DNA of 63,588 nt, the filler included, from Bigelowiella natans CCMP2755 (Eukaryota; Protista; Cercozoa), in assembly GCA_000320545.1 (NCBI GenBank). It is 5 parts of 5 records of this genome, joined end to end, with 100 filler letters (N's around TTAATTAATTAA, not from the genome) between each part and the next. Parts side by side here need not be neighbours in the genome. Positions count along the whole stretch, not along the records: positions 49,107 to 59,414 come from ADNK01003248.1; positions 59,515 to 62,389 come from ADNK01001041.1; 3 more parts are not named here. One strand, written 5' to 3'. Below, piece after piece: positions 49,389-62,388 of this stretch. The notes under the pieces were generated by a model. It was not told the origin of the DNA, ran no database searches, and was given only the letters and a program-made list of their open reading frames with translations. Within the stretch, counting starts at the first letter, position 1; every line of letters starts with the position of its first letter. The translations under genes were made by a program, and so were the position numbers.

Positions 49389-51749
49389 GAGAGAGGAGAG
49401 AGGGAGAGGGAGAGGGAGAGGGAGAGGGAGAGAAAAACATATTGTATAATATATATATATATATATATATATATTGTCCATGCCACACATGTAGTGACAG
49501 AGTAACAGCCAAAAGCATAAAAGAAGAAAGGGACAATAGGGTTGCACATGAGGAGGAGGAGGAGGAGAGAAGAGCTATCAGCATCATCGTCATCACCACC
49601 CATAACAAGAACAATCATCATCACAAGACAAAAATAATACATAGAGAATACCGAGCGAGTATTACTACTATTCTTGTATAACAAAAGCAACTCCACGATT
49701 ATAATGACAAACCTAACGCGCCCAATCTAGCCCCCCCCCCCCCCCCCCCCCACACCTGCAATGAACGAGCGTTTCATCAAGATCCAGAACCAGTGTGACA
49801 GGGGGGGTCTTCCTCGTTCTTCTTGGCAACGCAGTTTGCTCGTGGGAGACGGGGGGCTTCGTCGGGAGGCTCTTGATGAAGAGATATGGGTCAAACGCCA
49901 TAGCCATATCACTGTAGTGCTGCTGCTGCTGCTGCTGCTGCTCTTCGCTACTTGCGGCCTCTGTTGCGGCGTCAATGTCCTCATCGTTCCTTTCTGAGTT
50001 GTAAAATTCCTCCTGCTCCTCCTTCCCTTCCCCCTCTTCGTTGTCTGGGCGGTCAACAGCCTCGTAATCGTACTGCATTTGCATGCGGTCGGCTTCGGCC
50101 GGGCCACCTGCTTGCAGCGCGTGGTAGCAGGCGAAAGGGGGATGGGGGGGGGGGGGGAATGAGAAGATTCAATTATTTATCTTTCCAGCAATACAAACGT
50201 CGAAGCTGTTAGGCTCTTGCTGTGCTACTCCCAAGCTAACTAATGCATTGTTTCTAGAATGCAATGTGAAATGGGGGGGGGGGGGGGGTGAGGATTGGAA
50301 GGAAGGAATGATAGTCACATACTGTTCGGCTGTTGTCCTCCTTGACTCTCTTGGTGCCCCGACTGCTCCAAATTGCTACTATTATTAGTACTTTCCCTCC
50401 TTCCCCCCTCCTCCGTGTCGCCTGTATGACCCGCCGAGTCAAGCCGAATTCTGACCATGAGGGATAGATAGGGGGAGGGGAGAGGGAAATGACTTCAGTT
50501 TTTTCCTTGTTTTACTCTTTCATGATCATGGCAAATTCGCTCTGGGAATCACTGTAGTGCTCTCGCAGTACCCCGCGCCTCCCCTCTCCCCCGCATGAAG
50601 TTACATCGGCTATGATACAAGCATAAATACATGGATCTAGGCACTCTTGCCACGACAATTCCTCCTCCTCCTACTACTACTACTACGACTACAACTCCTA
50701 CCGCTTCCCATCAGCGCCTAAACGATACTTTGGAGAGAACAACGACGTTGTGGTTGTTGACGATGTAGCGTCGTCAGCATGGGTGGCAGCAGCAACAGTA
50801 GAAGCTCCGCCATTGCTTCTGGCAACACGGTTAGAGCTTCTTTTCTTCGCCATCTTCCGATCACACCTCCCACCATCGACATACCCACTGCCACTTTTCT
50901 CTGAGGGCGACCCAGGGGGGAGCTGCGCGGAGGGTAATTATTCAGCGAATCAGTGACAGACCCCCCCACACACACACATACGCACGCGCGCGACACACAA
51001 AGAAGCGAGTAAGTAAAGGAAGAAAAATGACGTGCTGCGGTCATCTTTTCACCTTTCTCCTATGCCGGGGTACAACTGCATTCTCTGGAATCCGATCTTC
51101 GAGCTTGCTCTTCAGATTGCGAGCTCGGTACACTATTGTCACGTGCGTATTGAAATACACATCAGCGGTGTGAGCGCACATATAAAAGTCAATCATGTTG
51201 GCTCCGTGTTATCACTTTTCGTGTACGGAATAACATCGTCATAATGGAGTTCGCATTCGCGCCTTTGCTTTTCTCACCCGCTCTCCTTATCGTCCTCGGC
51301 CTGGCAGCACTTGCGATCGGTGAATGGGGCGGCTCCTCCTCGCCATAATGGTAACTCCGAGGAGACCTTGTGTTTAAGCGTGTCTTCTTTAATTTGACGA
51401 GGCAGATGCGTGGACGTGCATGCGGAATGATGATACGTTCACTACTGAGAAGTCATGATTCTTCGTGCAGAACGTACCTTAGGTCGTTGCTACTTCGCCT
51501 CTTTGCTTTAGCCGTCGGAGACCGAATCTCCGCCTTCTCGTCTTCGTCCCTCTGCGATCGCGACAACACTCCATCAGCCAAAACAATGTGTGCGTACTAC
51601 TATAACGCTTAGATTGGATGTAATCAGATAGTGTGGAGTGTGGTGGTGGAAGTTGCCTTGGATTTGGTCTGGTTCGATCTCCCTCTCTTCCTCCTCTTCT
51701 TGCCTGCGGGTGATAGCAGAGCTGCATCTCTCTTATTGCCGCCAGACAT
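49288..51749 (-). CDS. CTDSPL2: CTD small phosphatase-like 2 (SCP4-like, FCP1/NIF HAD phosphatase); 3' part lost in the gap
   Basis: [36 protein letters not shown]|[22 protein letters not shown]. DxDxT motif after a long disordered N-terminus. Confidence 0.85.
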
Positions 51750-53399
51750 TCTGTTGGTATTCAGCCCGCAAAATATCACTCAGTCAATATATATATGATG
51801 TATATGTCTAGGGTGTGGGCTCTGTCTAGATTAGTTGTTTACAATTCGCGCTTGCACATAGCAAGAGGCATCGACTCTCTTTTTATATGAATAGAAACTT
51901 TTTCCACCCCACAAAGCATCGCATGAAAGAAAGAGGAGGAATCAATGAGACGTGTCACCAACACAAAGCCAACTCATCAATGTGCCCATTGTGCCAACCC
52001 AATGCATAACTTCGCCAGGGCTTTAATTCGAAGGGCACAATTTGTAAGCACGCCAACGGACATGTGATTCCGGCTACTTCACCATCCATTCATGCTGTGT
52101 TCCCTTTCAAACGGAATACATACACTCTCTATGGTGTTCTAACAGAATGTCAGGCTTATGATACCTCTTGCGAGTTTCCTTCTCCGATCGGGTAGGAAGA
52201 AGGCGTGCGAGGATGGACGTTCGATAAGTTTCGAAGGGCGCTGATTGAAAATTCAGAAATGATAGACTGTTTGATCTTTCAAATTCCGCCCAAAAAAGGG
52301 ATTACTTTTAATTATATACGTGTCGTATATCTGAATTACAATATTAATTCAAATATTTTTACCATCAGTTTCCGCAGCTTAAATCCAAGAAACGACCACT
52401 TTCGCAGATTTCGACCCTATTTCCAGCTTGTGTTCAACGCTCGAAAATTGTACACAAGTTAAAAATGCAACTGTTTTATGATAACCGTCAGGAATTTTAG
52501 CAAGACGCATCCAAACTGTATTAAATATTGAGCAACGACTGTAAAACCGATATCCAATTTAGCTGTACTTTCATCTAAGGAAGTATGACGTTTACATGCT
52601 CTATCCTCTGATTAATAACGATTTTTCGAGAAATCTTCTACTTATTATAAGTATTATGTTGTCTACGACTCCAGGTCAAGATGAATCAGTTTTCGTCTAA
52701 ATTTAGTTGGGTGCTCATCGCCAAAACGCAGATGAAAGAAGGGCACATTCCAGCACACCTTCTCTCCCTTAATTCTCGAGGGATTTCGGGGAGATTTTCA
52801 AACCAGCACATGCACGTTGAAAGCCTATTTACGAACTTGAGACTGGAGGATGATGAAACTAGAGCAATTAATGTACGGCTTTATTGTAATAAATGTCAAT
52901 AATTTGCCTCGATTTTCTTCCTCTTTGACTGAAGCTGGAAAGCGCTGGAAATTGCCCCAGCGTCTACCTTCTTTACAAACCTCAGCCCATGAGGCTGTAA
53001 ACATAGAATTAAGCCTTTTACCCTCTGTCGCTTTCATAATTACTGTTTTATTTATTTAATTCTCTCAAATTTGTCTGCACAATATAGCATCTTAAAGTCA
53101 AAGCGACGAGAAAATTGTGCAGAGATGCAGAATGTGGTAAAGGCCTTCCTCTGCCCCCTTTCCGACCATCGTTAGCGAAGATCTTCTTTTAGTTTTGAGA
53201 TCCATATGATTTTAAATTTGGGGAACTGTTCTTCGAAAAAAATGACGCAGAAGGAAATAGCCAGAAGAGCGTTTTGGGGGGAGATGCATGAGAAGTGGAA
53301 TGACGTTCGTGCTCTCCTTCCTTCCCGACTCTTACAATACAACATGCTGCTCTTGCTACTAAGGTGGATTTCTTGAATGGCGCCCTAGGGGTTCCTGTC

Positions 53400-53974
53400 A
53401 TGCCCCAGCGTCGTGTGGTGGTCCCTCAGGAATTCCGTAGACAGTTCAAGGTAACCTGTATTCGATGCCTGCGATCGACCCCATCGGGTATGAGATTCTT
53501 CCCCTCGCCATCAATAGGTTTATTCGGTCGCTTGTGCAAATAATTACAAACCGAACATGGAGGAAGGCGACAAGATCCTGCTTCCGTCTTCAGCCTTTCA
53601 CGAATTAGGCCGAATGCACATCCAGTACCCAATGATGTTCCAGGTTAGTCCGCATACGTCATCATCTTTTTCCCCTTAACGATACGAGGAATCCTTTCAG
53701 TATCAAGCAGTACGGTGGCCGCTCTCTCTATTTCTCTCGCAAAACCTGCTCTATCGTCTTCTTCCAATTTGTAACTGATCTGTGAATCTGTTCCCATATT
53801 TGCCATGCAGGTGAGAAATCCAAAGAATGACATGAAGACTCACTGGTAAGCTGACGAATGAGTAGCGCAGCCCATAGCATTCAAAATCTCCCCTTCCCCT
53901 GCCTCTTCCCCTTCCTTCCCCTCCGTTACAGATAGTACGTGTAATCGCAATCTATAATCGCAATCTCTCTCTCT

Positions 53975-54027
<53 letters not shown>

Positions 54028-54966
54028 CGTGTGTGTGTTGCTTTTCACTCTCATCAAAGTGGCGTCATGGAGTTCACAGCACCTGAAGGAAATGCATACT
54101 TCCCCTTTTGGGTAACAAATGAAGAAACCCCCAACTATAAGCACCACAAAATTGAACGCCCAGCCACTTTGAGAGAGACGACAACCAAAAATCAAAAAAT
54201 AGGAAAATTAATAAGTGTTGTTTGTTGATGCTGCTACTGCTTGCTGGTGGATCATACGGGGCATATCAGATGATGAACGAGCTGTGTCTCAACAACGGCG
54301 AGATCGTTGAGATAAAAAACGCAACTCTAAAGAAAGGAACGGTAGTAGTGAAGTACACAGTATTATACACCATCGGTCTAACAATGGATGATGGCCTGCA
54401 ATAGGCATACATTATTTTACCGTGCCATTTGAGCTTAAGTGAAAATAGTACAACATTCATTAGACTTGCTTAAGATTCTTGGTGGTTATATTTCGTACAC
54501 GCTCGCACCTCGGGAACAACAGCTAACCCCCCCTCCCCCCCCCCCCTTTCTAAAATCGCCGAAAACAGTATGTGAAGTTCCAGCCTCACAAGACTAAGTT
54601 CACACAGCTCTCGAACCCCCCGCATCGTGTAAGACATTGAAGAGGGGGGGGGGGGGGGTATGGGTGGGGGGGCGAAACACATACGTGTTTAGTTATACCT
54701 GCTGCCGCCTCGTGTTGTCTTTAGTTGATATATTCGCGCCATATTCTCCTTATCCGAAAATTGATGATTCATGAATAGGCTGGAGAAGGCGCTCAGGGCG
54801 TACTCCTGCCTCACAAAGGTAAGGGCTTTCCGACGCGCGTCCCCTTCTGTGCTAATATTCCGATCGTCGCACGTTCATCGCTTGGATGATCGCCATCATA
54901 AACCCATCACGAACACCATCTAAATCATCGGCAAAGTGTGTCCATTCACGCATCGGTCGCTGCGAT

Positions 54967-55024
<58 letters not shown>

Positions 55025-55853
55025 CGTGGAAGCCAACACTAACAATCATAACACCACAAACAACTAGGGAGGCACAATCACCATCAAGCATGGCCAGCAG
55101 CAGTTCTACCTTGACATCGTCGAGACAAAACCTGGAAATGCCATCACTATCATCGATACAGACGTAATGATCACGAAGGATATCCGCCGCTGCTCTAGAA
55201 TTGTCTATATACATTCCCCCACCCCCCCTTCCCCTCTTCTCCCCTCCTCTCTCTCTACTGAGAAAAACAAACGACTTTGCGCCGGTGTTCGTTGGTTCAT
55301 CGGTTGCGAAATCATAATGCCGATGGTGGTTGTCATCAGTTAGTGTGAGTGTTGATGTTTAGCGGCGCTTGGTTTCTATGCTGCGGACAGCGTGCAGAGT
55401 GCACCGGCGCAAATGCTGTTTTTTTATCACAACCCTCCGCTCGTGTTACTCGTCTCTTCCTTCGCCGCCAACCCACCTCTCCATGACGCACACCAGCGGA
55501 CTGAGAAAGAGAGCAGAAACGACAGCAACAACAACAACACAACATCGCAACAACATCGTAGGTGAACGTAGACTTTGCGCCCCCGAAGGACTATAAAGAG
55601 GAAAAGAAGACAAAGCCATCATCAAAGCCCCAGCTTGGTGATAGGAAGGTGTGCCGTATTCCGCATGTGCATGAATTGTGTATAATATATGACTTTCGTA
55701 TGCTTCGGTTGCTTGCTTTGCTCTTACATCGCCTCTCTCCCCCCCCCCCCCTCTATTCCCTATTGCATTCATTGGACTCAGGTCGAGCAGGCCGCCGAGG
55801 AGGAAGAGCCGCCTGTGCTACAGGGATGGGGGTCCTCGTCATCTAATCGGGGG

Positions 55854-55893
<40 letters not shown>

Positions 55894-56551
55894 TATAGTT
55901 ATACTTACTGAGAAGAAGGCTTTTGACTTACTGAGAAGAAGGTGTTTGACTTACTGAGAAGAAGGCTTTTGACGACGACTAACGAGAGATGATGTGTCAT
56001 ACTCAGGGCTCGAGTTCATCCTACTTCAAAAAACTAACGGTGATGCTGACTGCTGACCTGGCGTGATTAGTTAGTGCGCGTAAAAAAAAATAGCGCATAT
56101 ATTTCATCGAATCAACACCGTTGTCGCAGTCGGCGACGGTTGCGACGCAGCATGAAGTATTTTCCTCATCTCTCATTATAGTCTGCCTCGTCCCTTCTTC
56201 TACTACTAATCCCGTGTGTTGTTCTTCAGGGGGGGCAAACCTTGAGCGGTCGGCAGCCCAAGAAACCTGTAGTTAGCAGCTTACTGAGGGCATCGGCGTC
56301 ATCCAAATCTAGATCATCATCCTCTGCTTCTTCGGCCTCCTCCAAGAAGAAGAGCGGGGGGGGGGGATGGGGAGCTGCTGCGAAGAAGAAATCTGGGGTA
56401 CCACGCAAAATAATATATATATATATATATATATATATGTTATTTATTTTTAATTTGTACTTTCTTCCTCTTGTCGTTCCCCCCCTCGTTGTGTCTCGTA
56501 CAGTCTTCCGGGTATTCTCTCAAGGGCGGCAAAGGGCATTCGCTCAAGTAA
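53400..56551 (+). CDS. UFD1: Ubiquitin fusion degradation protein 1; start approximate
   Basis: GDKILLPSSAFHELGRMHIQYPMMFQ|..KTH(C)GVMEFTAPEGNAYFPFW|MMNELCL..ATLKKGT|YVKFQPH..LSNPRIV|LEKALRAYSCLTK|G..IIDTD|VNVDFAPPKDY. Confidence 0.93.
55903..55972 (+). repeat. Intronic 23-bp tandem repeat, about 3 copies
   Basis: cttactgagaagaaggcttttga repeated with one variant copy. Confidence 0.85.
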
Positions 56552-56739
56552 TGTGATGTGAGGGAGAGGGGGGGGAGAGTGTATCTTGCAAGTGTCAAGT
56601 TTGTTGTATAGTCAAATGGCAGAGCCCCGGAACATTCTTGCGAGCTGCTGCTCATAAACTGTTAAGATAGTAGTAAGGAAGGCACATCTAGGCATTCTGA
56701 ATAGAAGCGCCATCCTCGCATTGTATGTCGAAGAGAGAG

Positions 56740-57460
56740 TAGGAATGCAACGGCTAGCTCTATAACTTATAAACTATCAAACCAAAGCGGCACAACACAG
56801 TGTTTGAGAGATCTTCATCATCTAGTCATCACTACATCAGCTGCTAAAATTTTTGCACCTCTAGAGCTAGAGTTAGACACAATCTAGACAATGATGCAAG
56901 TAGAGACATGACAAGCGCGACGCATTCTAGCTAGCTAGCATTCCGCCCATGCTAGCATGGCTACACTCATGGCTGGTCCATCTAGCCATCCAACCATGCT
57001 TGCTCGCTAGTATGTTCATCCACACATGGCTAGCAGATGGCGTGATTCAAGCTTTGCAAACTAGCAAGGCTAGAAGGCCATTTGAACGCTAGAACGCCTC
57101 GCGTGTGCAGGCAGCAGGGAGCGATCTCAATTCTAGGAATGATGTCCTCAGATCATCTAGCAGCGAGCTAGCTAGCTAGCTCAACTAGCTAAGCTAGGTT
57201 AGACATGGAATGCGCTGCCAGCTCTAGAGCTGCGCTAGTGCGCACTCGCTAGCTTGAACGCCTTTTTTGCTGCTGTGCATGTACATGCTTGCTAGCTAGC
57301 TAGCATGTACACTACTAGACTGCCAGCTCTAGAGCTAGCTAGCTAGTACACATGTTGACATGATCGTGATTTTGTTTATCCCTATTACATTGCTGACCAA
57401 TCTAATTACTGACCAATCTAGCAATGCAGGTGGTGCCAAGCTCGTAATCTAGATGATAAT
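56740..57460. repeat. CTAG/AGCT palindrome-rich intergenic island
   Basis: Multiple (CTAG)n runs and ccagctctagagct at about 57218 and 57323, between convergent genes. Confidence 0.8.
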
Positions 57461-57555
57461 CGGCTGGCTTATGTATATTTTGTTTCACATAATTATTTAT
57501 GATGATGTACCGAAGTCGCTATTAATCGGTAAGGCCCCCCCAACCACACCCCACC

Positions 57556-58343
57556 TTAGGGTGGGGTGAAGTTGTTGCTTCGTGGCAACTTGCATTTAGC
57601 TTCCTTTGGAGAGCGCGGGGGCGATTTGGGGGCGGAGTTAGAGGTTAAAAGAAATGCCAAACCTTGAAACTTGCCTTTGGTTGGGTTTATTAAAAGTTTC
57701 TTGGAAGAAGCGGGAAATTGCCCTTTGGGGCGGGGGAACTTAAGATTGTTCCATTTGGATTTTGAAAAGTTTCCCGTGGGGTTCCCGCTGCCGCTTGGAA
57801 CCCCGCTAACCACCCCTAATTTCGGGGGATTCGAAGAGGGGGTTGGGGGGGGGAGGAGGGGGAGAATAACATCACTCTCATTTTCTGGATCATGGAGGGC
57901 TATAAGGTAGATGCGATCGCGTTGAGCAGCCATTACCAATGCCCACGGTATGCGTGCCAAGGGCGTTGGGACCTCCAGCCGATGTGTCCACATGTAAGTC
58001 GCGTACGGAGGACGATCTGCGCTTTAGCAGCACCCCGTTGATGCTTTGCGAAACTTTCCTCTCCCCCTCGCCCCTCTCTAGGTCCGCGACGCTTAAAGAG
58101 GCCGCGCGGGCAGATCCTGGCCGTCCCCCGATGGTAATGCTGGTGGGAGAGGCTAGACCAGAGTTCCTGCAAGTTTTTGATATGGCTCGTATACGGCCCT
58201 CTAGGGAAGCTGGCGGCGTATTAAATAACTGCTGCGTTTTGTGTTGAAGAAAAGGACTACGAAGGCTGGTGAAGAGTGTGGTGGCGAGGATGATGAGGTT
58301 TGTCCTCATGGAGAGGGTGAGAGGAATATATACATATATGTAA

Positions 58344-58379
<36 letters not shown>

Positions 58380-59340
58380 CTATTCTATTATAATGTTCTT
58401 GCCCACCTCGCAAAATCCAAGGCAGCGAAAGCACTCGAAGACAGGTCCACTGAGATCTTCTTCCGCGATGAAGATGACAACGAGCGAGTGTTGTTCCCCT
58501 CTCCCTCGGCGTTGGGGTTTATCCTCGAGCTTCTATGTGTGCGGAAGGCCAACGCCTCTGTGCTCGCAACAGCAGAGACCCGGGCCGAGTTTGATTCCCC
58601 TCCCCCTTTTGGTAAAATTGTGCACAAGCACACGCACACACACACACACACATACGTACGCAACATCTACTCACCACAAATATAACTCAAAATAATACAC
58701 ACACACACACACACATTCACGGTTCAATGTGTGCTCAACGAGGAAAGGTAGAGGGGAGAGATATGGCGGCGTTAGAGAGCTTCAAAAAAAGGGGGGGGGG
58801 GGGAGGGACAATATCAACATGGACACATGCCAGTGACCTGCCCCCCCCCCTGCAGCGGCGTCTCTCAGCAGAGTCGAAGGCGGAGAAGTAGTTTTGTTCG
58901 GCAGCGGCGGCCTCGATGACCCGGAGGCAGCATGAGAGGGGGAGGCAGGGACCGCCTTCACCTAAATGAGCAGGGAAACATTTACAACAACAAAAATGAA
59001 GAACGGCGTGAATAAGATACAGCGTACGTCTCAACCATTGGAGAAACAAGGAAAAACAAGGGAAAACGATGAAAACGAAGAAATGCGTAAGTAACACGCA
59101 GCGTGCGCATCACCCATGCAAAGTGTTTACGCTTGCAGGGAAAACATCTACCTTTGGCGAGCCAAGGCTGATAGGTGGGAGAGAATAGCGCTTGCTGCCG
59201 TCGGTCCTTGCGCTATTGCTCATATCGTTGCTACTACTAGCCTCCCCGCCGGCAAGTAATTTGTTCTTCCCGTATTCGGATAAGAGCTGGTTGATGACCT
59301 GGGCGCGACCGGAGGAAACAGGAGTTCGGGGGCAGGGGAG
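57556..59340 (-). CDS. 3' exons of a hypothetical Ser-rich protein; low-quality sequence, 5' end in the gap
   Basis: Several GT-AG bounded minus-strand exons (VINQLLSEYGKNKLLAGG..; RKKISVDLSSSAFAALDFAR). No recognisable domain. Confidence 0.35.
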
Positions 59341-59369
59341 GGGGGGGGGCGGCGAGCGTGAGAGAGTGC

Positions 59370-59414
<45 letters not shown>

Positions 59415-59514
59415 NNNNNNNNNNNNNNNNNNNNNNNNNNNNNNNNNNNNNNNNNNNNTTAATTAATTAANNNNNNNNNNNNNNNNNNNNNNNNNNNNNN
59501 NNNNNNNNNNNNNN
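59415..59514. other. Assembly gap
   Basis: N pad with TTAATTAATTAA linker. Confidence 0.98.
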
Positions 59515-59893
59515 TTTTTTCTCTTTTGGGGGGGTTATAAAAAAAATTGCTCCCCCTAAAGGGAAGAGAAAAAGCTTTTTTTTTCCCCTAGCCTCCCCCC
59601 CCCCCCCCACCCCCTTTTCGCAAAAAACTCCTCTTGCCAATTTTAATAATATTTATCTTCTTTTTTCCCAGAATAACCCCCCTTTGGGTGAAGGGTTCCG
59701 CTTGAAAAAAGAGGGGTTTTGGGGCAAAAGCATTTCTTTCCCATTTGGGCGGATTAAAACCGGGGCCCCCCCCTTCGGAAGGGGAAAAAAAGCCCGGGGT
59801 GTCTCCCCCCCCCCCCCCCCCCCTCCCTCCCCCTCTGCGGGGTGTTAGTAGCACTACAGCTCTCCCTCCTGACAGCCACCTTCTTCCCTCGTA

Positions 59894-60269
59894 GTCGGAG
59901 CTGTGACGACTGGAGGCACCGACAGTGAGCGCAAATCGCCATTCACACCAGCTACGATGCTCTCTGAGATGGAGAACCTGACCTACTCGTTAAGAGAGCT
60001 GCTGCACTTGCTGGACACGGTTTCCGAGTACGTTGACCAGGTAGTGGTGGTGGTGTGGTGGTGGTTCTTGTTTTTCTGGTTGTTATCGGCTTTTAGTGAG
60101 CCAAAATAATGGTTATAGCAGAATTGGTGTGAGGGGGGTGGGGGGGGGGTGGGCGGTCTCGATGCCGATGATTCTTGTCTCTACGGTATTGCACTAATCC
60201 TCCTCCTCCTCCTTCTTCTTCTTCTTTTTCTTCAAGGTGGTGGCCGGAAAAGAGCGCAGCACGCCAGAG

Positions 60270-60309
<40 letters not shown>

Positions 60310-60653
60310 CGCCGTCGGGCGATGAATCAATCAATCATCAACACTCATTCACAAAGAAGGAAAATCTCGCGACTGCTACCGTGAGGCGATTTGTGAGTTG
60401 GCGTGTGCAATTACGTGGCGAGTCTTTCATCGTATCGACTTTCAAAAAACGCAACAGTACCAACGATGAAGTGGCTTGCTGCGGCGCTGTGCTGTTGTCT
60501 GCTGCTTAGATTGGCTCGGCCATCAAGGACGCCCTGGCCGCCATTCCTCGGATCGATATGGAGATGTTTACACGCATGTTCAACCAGAAGACTGAGAACA
60601 TGCTCATGATCTTGTACCTCACCAATATAATACGCACACAGGTCGGCTACATA

Positions 60654-60685
<32 letters not shown>

Positions 60686-60852
60686 CATCGCTGCCAGCGC
60701 CACCACTTCAACCACCTCACAGCACATTGAAAATTAAGCTACGGCGCTATCGGAAATGGGACTTTAGTGAGCAGCTGTGTTTGAGTCCGCACACAACACA
60801 AGGATCATATCCTTTCTTGTTCGTCCTTCTTTCCTGAATTTATTGAATGCCT

Positions 60853-60922
<70 letters not shown>

Positions 60923-60999
60923 AACTTTCTCTCCCCCCGCCATCCCACCCCCTCTCTCAGGTCACACTCACAAATCGGATCTACGAGGTTCTGGACTGA
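59894..60999 (+). CDS. EIF3F: Translation initiation factor 3 subunit F, C-terminal exons
   Basis: MLSEMENLTYSLRELLHLLDTVSEYVDQV|VAGK..|IGSAIKDALAAIPRIDMEMFTRMFNQKTENMLMILYLTNIIRTQ|VTLTNRI matches the helical C-terminus of MPN subunits and is closest to eIF3f. Rpn8 is the paralog to exclude. Confidence 0.75.
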
Positions 61000-62038
61000 T
61001 CAGCGGGGCCATGTACATAGCAGCGGGATTGTGGCAGCTGCCGATGATTTATACTTAAAGCAGATGTCGTTGCGCTACAACCACGTGCTTCTACTGTGCA
61101 TGCGTGCTGCATTCTCGAATTTTCCTAGCATCGCTTTGTGTGTGTCCATTACACACAGACACACACACACACTAGATTAGGATGACTATGCATTGAAAAA
61201 CATACATGAGCTAGACAGAATGGCGGATGTGATGAACAAAATGAATCTTTTCATGATGGTCATCCGCCTAGCAATGTACATGTTCGTAGCAAAAAATGTG
61301 TAATCGCTTCACCACTTCACCACATCTGTCTTATGTATGTGCAGCGCATCGTAGGCCCACATTTAAAATACCGCATGATCCGCAAGCCCGCATATCTTGT
61401 CGTATCTAGCTAGCTAGGGATAGATGACGTTGTGGACGAGCACCTGCATGCAGATCTTCGCTCTCAAGCTAGCAAGATAGAGAATGAGCTCGCGCATACA
61501 TTTACACAGTGCATTGCACAGCTACATCAGGATGACCATTGAAAAAATTTAATTCTTCATTACATCCGTCTCATACATTTACACAGTTTTACAGTCGCGT
61601 GGTAAACATTGAAGAAAAATTTTACTTGATTCATTTCGTCCGTCGTCGTCTCATACACACAGTGGCTGCTAGCAAAATGTGCACAGCCATTGCTCATGCA
61701 CTGCTGCTGCTGCTGCTGCTGCAAGCATAGCTGTATATACATAGCATATATACACATATACATACATCGTATATACATGTGCTGCATTGACCGCAATGGT
61801 AATAAATGCTTTTCTGGCTTTATTGATGTGCGTAAAAAGATGGAGGCTTCTATCGTCGTAGCAGCACATTTCCCACTTTTCTCCTCCTCCTCCTCCTCCT
61901 CCCCAATAACACAGCTCTTTGACACTAACATGGCGCTACGATATAACCCATACAATAATACGCAACACCGCAATAACTCGCAGTCGACATAATGACCGAC
62001 CCCCTCCGCCTCTCCCTGCCCCCCGTCCATTTTCGTTT

Positions 62039-62335
62039 TTAATAGTTCGCGTTGCCTATACGACGGCGGCGCTCCTCTCGTCTGCTGCGGTCCTCTGCCT
62101 CTGCCTCTAGCGCTGCTGTTTTGGCCGCCGCTTCTTCCTGAGCTTTCCGCTCGATGGCCTTGGACGCCTCGCTCTTTCGGAAGCAGGACCTATGTGCGAC
62201 CCTCCCGTCCGTGTACACGTAAATCGCCTCGGGGCTGAGCGTCCCCACGACGTATCTGGTGGGGGGGGGCATCGACGTTAGTTTGTGGTTGTCGCCAGTA
62301 TTTGTGCATGTATATTTATAAATAATTTTATATAT

Positions 62336-62388
<53 letters not shown>

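Noticed and set aside
55903-55972. 23-bp repeats as a CRISPR-like array
   Set aside because: Head-to-tail tandem copies without spacers, inside an intron.
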